Assembly (NCBI GenBank): GCA_041611735.1
Contig: JBFIML010000005.1
Span: forward strand, 32,001-96,000
DNA length: 64,000 nt
Direction: 5' to 3'
Source: Myxococcota bacterium
GTDB taxonomy: Bacteria > Myxococcota_A > UBA9160 > PR03
The notes under the pieces are model-generated. The model ran no database searches. It was given only the letters and a program-made list of their open reading frames with translations, and had not been told where the DNA came from. Shown piece by piece: positions 42,727-54,358 of this stretch. Within the stretch, counting starts at the first letter, position 1; each line of letters opens with the position of its first letter. The translations under genes were made by a program, and so were the position numbers.

Positions 42727-43344
42727 TCAGGGATGGATCGTGACGGGGGTGCCCGGGGCGACGCGCCCGGCCAGCAGTTCGATCTCGTCGTCGGTCATGG
42801 CGATGCAGCCCGTGGTCCAGTCCAGGTGCGAGGAGTCGCCGCGCCAGCGCGCGCCCTCGCCGTGGAAGCCGAGACCGCTCCCGAGCGGGGTGTCGGCGGG
42901 AGGCGGGAAGCCCGCCTCGTGGGCGCGCAGGATGCGCCGGTGCTGCGCGGCGTCGATGAGCCCCTCGGCCAGGCCGGCGTCGGCGTCCGCGGGCGAGGGA
43001 TAGTCGATGGGGAGGAAGCGGTGGAAGCGGCTCGGCCGCGCGGGTCCCGTGACGTGGTAGCTGCCCTCCGGCGTACGCAGGTCGCCGGCGTGGCGCTTGG
43101 GGCCGACCGGGTCGCGTCCCAGGGCGACCCGCAGCGTCACCTCGGCGCCCCCTTCGCACTCGGCCACCAGCCGGCGCTCGGACTTGAAGACCTGGATCGC
43201 GACGATGCGTTCGCAGGGTGGCTGCGGCCGCGCCGCAGGCAGCGGCTCCGGCGCCGGGGCGGGGAGGGGCTCCGGTGGGGCCGGGGCAGGCGGCCGGGCG
43301 GGGACGGCGCAGGCCAGGGCGAGAAGGCCCGCCAGGAGCGCCAT
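42727..43344 (-). CDS. YkuD-family lipoprotein, YafK/DpaA-like
   Basis: Lipobox LALAC; Pro-rich linker; KRHAGDLRTPEGSY; IDYP; FHG...DWTTGCIAM. Confidence 0.85.
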   Translation of the reverse strand: MALLAGLLALACAVPARPPAPAPPEPLPAPAPEPLPAARPQPPCERIVAIQVFKSERRLVAECEGGAEVTLRVALGRDPVGPKRHAGDLRTPEGSYHVTGPARPSRFHRFLPIDYPSPADADAGLAEGLIDAAQHRRILRAHEAGFPPPADTPLGSGLGFHGEGARWRGDSSHLDWTTGCIAMTDDEIELLAGRVAPGTPVTIHP

Positions 43345-44268
43345 GGCGGCCCCGGCACGGGCGCCGGGCTCCTGCTCGCCCTGGCCCTCGGGCTCGCTCC
43401 CGCGCCGCCGGTCCGGGCGGAGGACGCCCCTGCGCCCCTGCGCCCGCTGGTGGGCCGGGAGTCCACCGACCTGATCCAGCCCGACGACACGCTCCTCGAC
43501 GTGGCCTTCCGTCACCGCCTGGGCTTCGAGGCCGTCGAACGCCTGAACCCCCACGTGGACGTCTGGATCCCCGACCCCGGCACGGTCGTGCGTCTGCCGA
43601 CGCGCACGATGCCTCCGGAAGCCGAACCCGAGGGCCTCGTCCTGAACGTGCCGGAAATGCGCCTCTACGACTTCACGGTGGACCCGGCCCCCGAGATCTT
43701 CGCGGTGGCGGTGGGCGATGCGGAAGACCCGACTCCGATCGGCAACTTCCGCATCGGCACCAAGCGCATCGACCCGGTTTGGAACGTGCCCGAGTCGATC
43801 CGTCTCGAAAAGCCGCATCTTCCCCCGCTCGTTCCACCGGGGCCCGACAATCCCCTGGGCGACCGCTGGATGACGATCGGGAGCAGCTCCTACGGCATCC
43901 ACGGCACGAACATCCGCTGGTCGATCGGGCACACGGCCACCCACGGCTGCGTGCGTCTCTACGCCGACGAGATGCGCCGTCTCTTCGAGCGCGTGCCCAG
44001 CGGCACCCGGCTCCAGAGCGTCTACCAGCCCGTCAAGTGGGGCCGCGACGGCCAGCGCATCTACCTCGAGGTGCACCGCGACCTCTACGGGCGCGAGCCC
44101 GACCTGCTGGCGGCGGCCCTGCGGCGCCCCGCGGAGCTCGGGATCCTGGAGCGGCTGGACGTTCCACTCGTGGAGCGGGTCGTCGCCGAGGCGCGCGGCA
44201 TCCCGGTCCCGGTCGGCACGCTGCCCCCCGACGCGAGCGGCCCGCCTACTTCCGGATCCCCTTTCTGA
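43343..44268 (+). CDS. L,D-transpeptidase, ErfK/YcfS-like with LysM-like N-domain (apparent -1 indel near 43350)
   Basis: SD AGGAG + ATG 43343 out of frame by 1; signal LLLALALG; DTLLDVA..NPHVDVWIP; GPDNPLG; YGIHGTN..SIG..THGCVRL. Confidence 0.88.
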
Positions 44269-44548
44269 AGATCGCGTCCGCCTTGCGCGCCGATTCCTCG
44301 GCGCTGGTGGCCGCGGCACGCGCCTGCGCCTCGGCCTCCTCGGCCCGGCGCACGGCCTGCTCGGCGGTCTGCTGGGCGGCGGCGGCGCGCTCGTCGGCCG
44401 CCTGGGCGCGCCGATCGGCAGCCCGGGCCGCCTCCTCCACGGCGCCCACGCGCCCCTCCAGGTCGTCCACCCGGCCGCTCGTCGCGCAGCCCGCCAGGCC
44501 CACGCCGAGCACCAGGGCCACAGCGATTCCGAATCCACGTCCGAACAC
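44246..44548 (-). CDS. Lpp/OprI-like alanine-zipper lipoprotein
   Basis: Strong SD AAGGAGG; lipobox LAGC; Ala-rich coiled coil; C-terminus FRKGIRK with terminal Lys. Confidence 0.85.
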   Translation of the reverse strand: MFGRGFGIAVALVLGVGLAGCATSGRVDDLEGRVGAVEEAARAADRRAQAADERAAAAQQTAEQAVRRAEEAEAQARAAATSAEESARKADAIFRKGIRK

Positions 44549-44594
44549 GGTCGATCCTCCTTTTCCGTTGGTGTTGCACAGGGTCTTCCGAAAC

Positions 44595-46778
<2,184 letters not shown>

Positions 46779-46819
46779 CTACGCGTGCCTGCCGCGGCCG
46801 ACGGGAGGAAGGGCTGATC

Positions 46820-47974
46820 GTGGGGGGGAGCGCCACCGAGCCGCGCGAGCAACAGCTCCGCGCCCTGCTGGACGCCGTCACGGATGGCCTCGTCCTGTGC
46901 GGAGGCGGCGGTCGCATCGCGTGGGCCAATCCCGCCCTGGCGACCCTGGCCGGCCTGGAGGGTCCCGAGAAGCTGGCGGGCCGGGCGCTCGCGGACCTGT
47001 TCGAGGAGGCGGATCTCGGGCTCCTCGCCCCGGCCTTTCGCGGCCCCGTGGAGTGCCACCTGGTCGTCCCTGGAAGCGGGTCGCGTCGGGTCCTGGTGGA
47101 CCGCCTGGGCCTTCCAGCCGGCGACGCCGAGGCCGCCCTCCGGGTGCGCGACGTCTCCGAGCTCTCGGCGCGCAGCGCAGAGGTCCTGCGCATGGCCCGG
47201 GCGCTCCAGCGCGCCAATCGCGAGTGCGCCGACCTGCGCGAGCGGCTGCGGCGCGACGCCGCAGCCCGGGAGCAGCTGCTCACCGTGGTGAGCCACGAGC
47301 TGCGTACGCCCGTCACCGTGATCGCGGGCTACAACCGCCTGCTGCTGGCCGGCAAGGTGGGCCCCCTCAATCCGGAGCAGGAGCACTTCGTCCAGGAGAG
47401 CCAGAAGAGCTGCCAGCGCCTCAACCAGTTCATCGGCAACCTGCTGGAGCGGGCGCGCGGCCTGATGGGGGAGGGCGTGCTGGAGCTCCACGACGCTCCC
47501 CTCGCCCCCGCGATCCAGGCGGTGGTGGGCCTGCTGACCCCGCTCCTGCGCGAGCACCGCCTGGAGGTGGGGCTCGCGCTCCCCCCCGACCTGCCACCGG
47601 CCCGCTTCGACCCCCTGCGCCTCGAGCAGGTGCTCACCAACCTGCTGGACAACGCCATCAAGTTCGCCCCGGCCGGAAGCCGGCTCGAGATCTCGGCGCG
47701 GGCCATGGAGGCGCAGGGCGAGCCGTGGCTCGAGGTGGCGGTGGCGGACCGCGGGCCGGGGGTTCCCGACGCGGACCGCGAGCGAATCTTCGAGGCCTAC
47801 GCCCAGGCCGAGGCGGGCCGGGGCGGCGGCGGCCTCGGCCTGGGTCTCGCCATCTGTCGCCGCATCGTGGAGGCCCACGGTGGTCGCATCGGCGCCGAGC
47901 CGCGTGCCGGGGGCGGGAGCCGCTTCGTCTTCACGCTCCCCGCAGCCGATGCCCGGCCGGGAGCCCGCGCCTAG
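46820..47974 (+). CDS. Cytoplasmic PAS sensor histidine kinase
   Basis: PAS-like N-terminus; SHELRTP; NLLDNAIKF; DRGPG; GLGLGLAI; no TM. Confidence 0.92.
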   Translation: MGGSATEPREQQLRALLDAVTDGLVLCGGGGRIAWANPALATLAGLEGPEKLAGRALADLFEEADLGLLAPAFRGPVECHLVVPGSGSRRVLVDRLGLPAGDAEAALRVRDVSELSARSAEVLRMARALQRANRECADLRERLRRDAAAREQLLTVVSHELRTPVTVIAGYNRLLLAGKVGPLNPEQEHFVQESQKSCQRLNQFIGNLLERARGLMGEGVLELHDAPLAPAIQAVVGLLTPLLREHRLEVGLALPPDLPPARFDPLRLEQVLTNLLDNAIKFAPAGSRLEISARAMEAQGEPWLEVAVADRGPGVPDADRERIFEAYAQAEAGRGGGGLGLGLAICRRIVEAHGGRIGAEPRAGGGSRFVFTLPAADARPGARA

Positions 47975-49426
47975 ATGGCGGCTGCCCGCCGCCGCGCTTC
48001 GAAGCCCCGGGGCCGCCCCAAGAGCAAGCGTCCGCGCGTTCTCGTGGTGGACGATGCCGAGGGCATCCGCAGCTACCTGGCCGATCTCCTCAAGCTCAAG
48101 GGCTGGCAGGTGGACACGGCCGCCGACGGCCGGCAGGCCCTGGAGCTCCTGGAGGGTGGAGCCGGCCCCGACGTGATCCTCCTGGACGTGATGATGCCCG
48201 GGATGGACGGGCTCGAGACCCTGAGCCGCCTGCGCGAGCGGGACTCGCGCACGCCGGTCGTGATGCTCTCGGTGGTCGGCAAGGCCAGCACCATCGTCCA
48301 GGCCATGCATCTCGGCGCCTCGGACTACCTGAACAAGCCCTTCGAGGAAGCCGAGCTCGACGCGGTGCTCAATCAGGTGCGCGAGCACCGGGCCCTGGAG
48401 GACGAGCGCGAGCGCCTGGTGAACGAGCTCGACGCGACCGTGGAGGGCGCCGTCTGGAAGAGCGAGCCCATGTTGCGCGTACGCGAGGTCATCGACCAGA
48501 TCGCCGAAACCGACGTGACGGTGCTGATCCAGGGCGAGAGCGGGGTCGGCAAGGAGATCGTCGCCCGCACCGTGCACCATGCCTCCTCCCGCGCAGAGCA
48601 GGCCTTCGTCAAGGTGAACTGTGCGGCGCTTCCGGAGGAGCTGCTGGAGAGCGAGCTGTTCGGCTACGAGAAGGGGGCCTTCACCGGCGCCACGGCCCGC
48701 AAACCCGGCAAGTTCGAGGTGGCGGATCGGGGCACGATCTTCCTGGACGAGATCGGGGAGATGAGCCCGGCGCTCCAGGCCAAGCTGCTCCAGGTGCTCC
48801 AGGACGCGAGCTTCTCGCGCCTCGGTGGCAACCGCGAGATCCGCGTCGACGTGCGGGTGGTGTGCGCCACGAACCGGCCCCTGGAGCAGATGGTCGCGCA
48901 GGGGACCTTCCGCGAAGACCTCTTCTATCGGCTGAACGTGGTCAACGTGGCGATCCCGCCGCTGCGGGAGCGTCGTGAGGAGATCCCGACCCTGCTGGAG
49001 ACGTTCCTGGCCCGCTATGCGGCCCGCTACCGCAAGCCCCGCCCGCGCGCCAGCGCCCAGCTGCTCGGCGCCCTGGAGCGCCATCCGTTCCCGGGCAACG
49101 TCCGCGAGCTCGAGAACATGGTCAAGCGCATCGTGGTGCTGGAGGGCGAGGACTCCATCCTGGAGGAGGTCTACGCCTACGGCCGGCACGCGACGCGCCG
49201 CGGCCCGAGTCCCTTCCAGGTCCTGCTCGAGGAGATCGAGGCCACCGCCGGCGAGATCCCCCTCAAGGAGGTGGGCCGGCGCGCCGCCCTCGAGGCGGAG
49301 CGCGAGGCGATCGAGCGCGTGCTGCACCGGACCCAGTGGAACCGCAAGAAGGCGGCGGGCCTGCTCGGGGTGAGCTACAAGACCCTGCTGCAGAAGATCC
49401 GCGAGTGCGGCCTGGAGCCGGACTAG
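47975..49426 (+). CDS. Sigma54-dependent response regulator (NtrC family)
   Basis: Receiver VVDD..LLDVMMP; GESGVGKE; GAFTGA; FPGNVRELEN; Fis HTH. Confidence 0.96.
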   Translation: MAAARRRASKPRGRPKSKRPRVLVVDDAEGIRSYLADLLKLKGWQVDTAADGRQALELLEGGAGPDVILLDVMMPGMDGLETLSRLRERDSRTPVVMLSVVGKASTIVQAMHLGASDYLNKPFEEAELDAVLNQVREHRALEDERERLVNELDATVEGAVWKSEPMLRVREVIDQIAETDVTVLIQGESGVGKEIVARTVHHASSRAEQAFVKVNCAALPEELLESELFGYEKGAFTGATARKPGKFEVADRGTIFLDEIGEMSPALQAKLLQVLQDASFSRLGGNREIRVDVRVVCATNRPLEQMVAQGTFREDLFYRLNVVNVAIPPLRERREEIPTLLETFLARYAARYRKPRPRASAQLLGALERHPFPGNVRELENMVKRIVVLEGEDSILEEVYAYGRHATRRGPSPFQVLLEEIEATAGEIPLKEVGRRAALEAEREAIERVLHRTQWNRKKAAGLLGVSYKTLLQKIRECGLEPD

Positions 49427-49476
49427 CGGCGGCCCGCCGCGCGGTTCGCGGCAAGCTCCGAACCCGCCAGCCGAGC

Positions 49477-50685
49477 ATGAGATCGATCGCTCCGCTTCGC
49501 AACCCGATCCGGAACTACGCATGGGGCTCCCGCACGGCCCTGGCCGGGTTCATGGGGCGCCCGGCGCCGACGCCAGAGCCGGAGGCGGAGCTGTGGATGG
49601 GAGCGCATCCGAGCGCGCCCTCGCAGGTGCCGGTCGGCTCGCGCTGGCGCTCGCTCGCGGAGGTGATCCAGGAGGCCCCCGGCCCGGTGCTCGGGGAGCG
49701 CGTGCTGGAGCGCTTCGGGCCCCGGCTCCCGTTCCTCTTCAAGGTGCTGGCCGTGGAGCGACCGCTCTCGATCCAGGCCCACCCGGATGCCGCCCAGGCC
49801 CGCGCGGGCTTCCAGCGCGAGAACGCCGCGGGGATTCCCCTCGACGCTCCGCAACGCAACTATCGGGACGCGAGCCACAAGCCCGAGCTGGTGTGCGCGT
49901 TGAGCGAGTTCCGCGCCCTGGTGGGGTTTCGGCCCCCGGGCGAGGTGGCGGACCTCTTCGGGCGTCTCGCGATCCCCGTCCTCGGGCCGGAGCTCGAGCG
50001 GCTGGCGTCGGAGCGCTCCTCGGGCCGGCTGCGCGAATTGTTCGCGGCCTTGCTCGGCCTCGAGCCGGGGCGTCGCGGCCAGGCGGTTTCCCAGGCGTTG
50101 GACGCGGCCCGCAGCTCCGCCGGCGACGATCCGGCCTGCCAGCGCATGATCGCCCTCGCCGAGGCCTACCCCCAGGACGTCGGGGTGGTGGCGAGCCTGC
50201 TGCTCAACCCCGTGGTGCTGCGGCCCGGGGAGGCTGCCTTCCTGGGTCCGCGGGAGCTGCACTGCTACCTCTCCGGGCTCGCCGTCGAGCTGATGGCCAA
50301 CTCGGACAACGTGCTGCGCGGCGGGCTCACGACGAAGCACGTGGACGTGGACGAGCTGCTCGCGACCCTCGACTTCGATGCGGCCGGGTGCGCTCGCGTG
50401 CTTCCGGAGCCGGCCGGGGTCGACGAGGCCGGGCGGCGCTACCGCACAGCGGCCCGGGAGTTCGAGCTGACGGAGCTGCGGCTGACCTCCGCCCGATCGC
50501 TGGCCGGAGAGCCCAGCGTGGCCATTCTCCTGTGTGCGTCCGGGGAGGTGCGGCTCGAGGACGCCCACGGAACCCGGCTTCGCCTGGGACGCGGGCAGTC
50601 GGCGCTGGTCCCGGCAGCGGCCGCGCCGGTCTCGGGGGAGGGCCGCGCGCTGCTCTACCGGGCGGCCGTGCCTAACGCTGGGTGA
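49477..50685 (+). CDS. manA: Mannose-6-phosphate isomerase class I
   Basis: [48 protein letters not shown]. Confidence 0.96.
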   Translation: MRSIAPLRNPIRNYAWGSRTALAGFMGRPAPTPEPEAELWMGAHPSAPSQVPVGSRWRSLAEVIQEAPGPVLGERVLERFGPRLPFLFKVLAVERPLSIQAHPDAAQARAGFQRENAAGIPLDAPQRNYRDASHKPELVCALSEFRALVGFRPPGEVADLFGRLAIPVLGPELERLASERSSGRLRELFAALLGLEPGRRGQAVSQALDAARSSAGDDPACQRMIALAEAYPQDVGVVASLLLNPVVLRPGEAAFLGPRELHCYLSGLAVELMANSDNVLRGGLTTKHVDVDELLATLDFDAAGCARVLPEPAGVDEAGRRYRTAAREFELTELRLTSARSLAGEPSVAILLCASGEVRLEDAHGTRLRLGRGQSALVPAAAAPVSGEGRALLYRAAVPNAG

Positions 50686-51667
50686 CGCGGCGGCCGGGGT
50701 AGCCGGTGCGGGGCTCGCCGGCGTCGAGACGCCGCCGGAAGTTCTCCACGGTACGCGCGAGCCCGTCGCGCAGCGGCACCTTCGGCTCCCAGCCGAGCAG
50801 GCGGCGGGCCCTTCCGATGTCGGGCTGTCGCTGGGCGGGGTCGTCCTGGGGGAGCGGACGGTGGACCACCGGGCAGCGCTTGCCCGCCACGGCCTGGACC
50901 AGCTCGGCCAGCTCGTTCATGGAGAACTCGCCCGGGTTGCCCACGTTGACCGGCTCGTGGGACGCCTCGCCCTCGTAGCGCATCAGGCGGAGCAGGCCCT
51001 CCACGAGATCGTCCACGTAGCAGAAGGAGCGGGTCTGGGTCCCGTCGCCGTAGATCGTGAGGGGCTCGTCCAGCAGGGTCTGGACCACCAAATTGCTCAC
51101 CACCCGGCCGTCGTCCAGCGCCATGCGCGGGCCGTAGGTATTGAAGATGCGGGCGATCCGGATGTCCACCGCGTGACTGCGGTGGTAGTCCTTGAACAGG
51201 GCCTCGGCGCAGCGCTTGCCCTCGTCGTAGCAGGAGCGGACCCCGATCGGGTTCACGCGGCCCCAGTAGGTCTCGGGCTGAGGATGGATCTCCGGGTCGC
51301 CGTAGATCTCGCTGGTGCTGGCGTGCAGGATGCGCGCCCCCGTGCGTTTCGCGAGACCCAGCATGTTGATGGAGCCCATCACCGACGTCTTGATGGTCTT
51401 GATCGGGTTGTACTGGTAGTGGATCGGCGAAGCCGGGCAGGCGAGATTGAAGATCCAGTCCACCTCGATCAGGAGGGGCTCGATCACATCGTGGCGGATC
51501 AGCTCGAAGTTCGGCCGTTCGAGCAGCTGGGCGATGTTGCGCTTGTTGCCCGTGAAGAAGTTGTCGAGGCACAGCACGTCCAGGCCGGCCTCCACCAGCC
51601 GGTCGCAGAGGTGGGATCCCAGGAATCCGGCTCCCCCCGTGACGAGAACGCGCTGTCCGACTTCCAT
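50672..51667 (-). CDS. UDP-glucuronate decarboxylase (UDP-xylose synthase) family
   Basis: [48 protein letters not shown]. Confidence 0.95.
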   Translation of the reverse strand: MEVGQRVLVTGGAGFLGSHLCDRLVEAGLDVLCLDNFFTGNKRNIAQLLERPNFELIRHDVIEPLLIEVDWIFNLACPASPIHYQYNPIKTIKTSVMGSINMLGLAKRTGARILHASTSEIYGDPEIHPQPETYWGRVNPIGVRSCYDEGKRCAEALFKDYHRSHAVDIRIARIFNTYGPRMALDDGRVVSNLVVQTLLDEPLTIYGDGTQTRSFCYVDDLVEGLLRLMRYEGEASHEPVNVGNPGEFSMNELAELVQAVAGKRCPVVHRPLPQDDPAQRQPDIGRARRLLGWEPKVPLRDGLARTVENFRRRLDAGEPRTGYPGRRVTQR

Positions 51668-51694
51668 GCCTGGACTCCGCAAGGATCCGAGAGC

Positions 51695-52717
51695 TTATCG
51701 GCTTTCGGCCGCGGCAGCCTGATCTCCGCTGGAGTCCCGCGCATAGCCGCTCGGATGGGCCGCGTGCCAGCGCCAGGCGGAGGCTGCGATGCGATCCAGG
51801 TCCGTCCAGCGGGCCTGCCAGCCGAGGGCCTGCCGGGCCCGGCTCGGATCGGCCACGAGCGCCGGCGGGTCGCCGGGACGCCGGGGCCCCACCCGGGCCG
51901 GGATCGGGTGGCCGGTGACCCTGCGGCAGGCCTCCACCACCTCTCGCACGCTGAAGCCACGGCCCGTGCCCAGGTTGAGGCAGAGCCCCTCGCCGGGCCG
52001 GAGGCGCTCCAGGGCCAGCCGGTGGGCCTCGGCCAGGTCCTCCACGTGGATGTAGTCCCGGATGCAGGTTCCGTCCGGGGTGGGGTAGTCGTCGCCGTGC
52101 AGGGTCAGGTGATCGGAGCGTCCCAGGGCCACGCGCAGGGCCGCGGGGATCAGGTGCGTCTCGGGCTCGTGGTCCTCGCCCAGACGGCCGTCCTGGGAGG
52201 CGCCGCAGGCATTGAAGTAGCGCAACGACGCGAACCCCAGGCCGTAGGCGCGGGAGTAGTCGGTGAGGGCCCGCTCCACGGCGAGCTTGCTGAAGCCGTA
52301 GGGGTTCACGGGGCGCTGGGGGGTGTCCTCGCCGATGGGCATCTCGGGGGGCTCGCCGTAGGTGGCGCAGGTGCTGGAGAAGACCAGTCGGTGCACGTCC
52401 GCGGCCCGCATGGCGTCCAGCAGCGAGAGCGTCCCCACCAGATTGTTCCGGTAGTAGAGCGCCGGGTCCGCTACGGACTCGCCCACCAGGGCATAGGCGG
52501 CGAAGTGCATGACGGCGTCGATCCGCTGCTGGCGGAGCACGTCTTCGAGCCGCTCGCGCTCGGCCAGCCCGCCGCGGACGAGGCGGCCCTCGGGGACGAC
52601 CGCCGGGTGGCCGCGGGAGAGGTCGTCGTAGACCCAGACCTCGTGGCCGTGGCGCCGCAGATGGGCCGCGGCCACGCTTCCGATGTATCCCGCTCCACCG
52701 GGCACGAGGACGTTCAT
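51695..52717 (-). CDS. galE: UDP-glucose 4-epimerase
   Basis: GGAGYIGS; HFAAYALVGES; NPYGFSK; LRYFNA; DGTCIRDYIHV. Confidence 0.96.
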   Translation of the reverse strand: MNVLVPGGAGYIGSVAAAHLRRHGHEVWVYDDLSRGHPAVVPEGRLVRGGLAERERLEDVLRQQRIDAVMHFAAYALVGESVADPALYYRNNLVGTLSLLDAMRAADVHRLVFSSTCATYGEPPEMPIGEDTPQRPVNPYGFSKLAVERALTDYSRAYGLGFASLRYFNACGASQDGRLGEDHEPETHLIPAALRVALGRSDHLTLHGDDYPTPDGTCIRDYIHVEDLAEAHRLALERLRPGEGLCLNLGTGRGFSVREVVEACRRVTGHPIPARVGPRRPGDPPALVADPSRARQALGWQARWTDLDRIAASAWRWHAAHPSGYARDSSGDQAAAAESR

Positions 52718-52754
52718 GGGCCACCCCGGAGCGGCCCCGGAGAAGGGCTCCTCG

Positions 52755-54270
52755 TCACTTGCACAGCGCCAGGAACAAGCCGCTCTGCACGGTGGAACAG
52801 GACTCCCGCTCGACGTCTCCCACCTCCACGGTAGCGACGCAGGCGAAGCCCCGCTGCTGGCAGACCGCGTCTCCCGTGTCGAAGCTCCCGGGGCCCGGGT
52901 CGCCCCAGGAGGCGACCCCGTGGCCGTTGGCTCCGGAGTTGGTCACCAGCGTGCCGTTGGCGTCCGCGAAGCTCTGCTGCCGGTTGGCGTTGCTGCCGTG
53001 GAAGGAGAGGTCGAGACGCCTGCCGGTGCCCGGCACCACGTCCCGGATCTGGAGGTCGCCGTGGAAGCGGGCGCTCACCCGGCTCTGCTGGCTGCCCACG
53101 TAGAAGCCGACGCCGGGTGAGGGCTGGGAGCTCCCGAGCACCTGGACCACCGGCTGGCCGTTGGCGGCATGGGTCAGGATGCGCAGCGTCGCCCCCACGC
53201 CCGGGGTGGCCGCGGTCACCGGATCGGTCATGAAGACCCAGCGGGCCTCCTGGCTGACGGAGCGCCACTCGTGCTGCAGGGTCCGGTATCCCGTCTGGAA
53301 GAACGCGAAGTCCTGCACCAGGGTCGCGGAGCCGGATCCGACCGATGCCAGCTCGGCCGTCGCCCCGCTGTCGCGACCGTGCAGACAGTCACCCGGCGAG
53401 GCGACCCCGGACGCATGGCGGAAGGTGACCGCGCCGGGCCCTGGCGTCGAGATGATCCACACCGCTCCCTTCACGGTGCCGCTCGGCGGGCAGCTGCCCG
53501 CACGGACGTCCACCGGCTCCAGGGTCGTGAAGGTGCCGGTGGTCCCGACCAGCGTCGCCGAGGAATCCGTCTCGAGGCGGTCTCCGGCACCGGGCTGGGT
53601 GCCGGCGCCGTGCTGGCGAAGCACAAGGTCACGTCGTTCGGAAGCGGGACGTTCCAGCGCTCGATGCGGGCCTGGCCGATCACGCTTCCGTCGAGGCCCG
53701 AGCGCAGGATCACGCGATCCTTCGCCTGGAACGTACCGGTCACCGAGGACACGCGACTCGACCCGTCCGCGGAGAGCACGTTCCAGTTCTGCTCGAACCA
53801 GGTCTGGTGATCGGTGACGGGCCCGTTGTCGAAGCTGAACTCGTTCTTCAGGTTGACCGAGTGCTCGTAGGGATTCAGGTGCCCGCCACCCGCCGAAGAG
53901 CGGTTCCAGGCCCAGCCCCCGATGCAGTCGGGCTCCTTGGAGAGCCAGGAGCTGGTCGGCCCGCAGTTCACGTCCAGGACGGCCTGGGTCTCGTGGAAGG
54001 AGCTCGGGAACACGCTCCCCACGGCGTTGCTCGGGTCCAGCGCTGGGTCCGGCCCAGGGGGGCCTCCACGCCCACGGTCAACTCGAGGAAGCGCGCCGGC
54101 GTGGTGCCCGTGAGGTCCCCGGCGAGCGCCGCGGAGAGACTCGTGGTCAGGGGATCGTCCGGCGGGTCGGTCGCGTCCTGGCTGGAAATCTCGGGAGCGC
54201 CGGCCTGCACGATGGCCGAGCCGGCGAGTCCCAGCAGGATCAGGACGAGAAGGCGAGCGGTCGCGGGCAC
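52755..54270 (-). CDS. Secreted hypothetical protein of about 505 aa, split by two apparent -1 frameshifts
   Basis: SD GGAGG + GTG 54270 with signal peptide; three consecutive frames join at the G6 run 54057-54062 and GG 53627-53628; Cys-rich C-terminus. Confidence 0.7.
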
Positions 54271-54358
54271 CTGCCAACCTCCGGTTCGCCAGTGCGCCCG
54301 GGTGCCGAGTCTATCACGAGGGCCGGCCCGTCTGCCGCGCAGGCCGCGCCCGCTCGGG

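Noticed and set aside
43230-43310. Pro-Ala repeat-like DNA (PEPLPA twice)
   Set aside because: An ordinary low-complexity lipoprotein linker, not an independent repeat element
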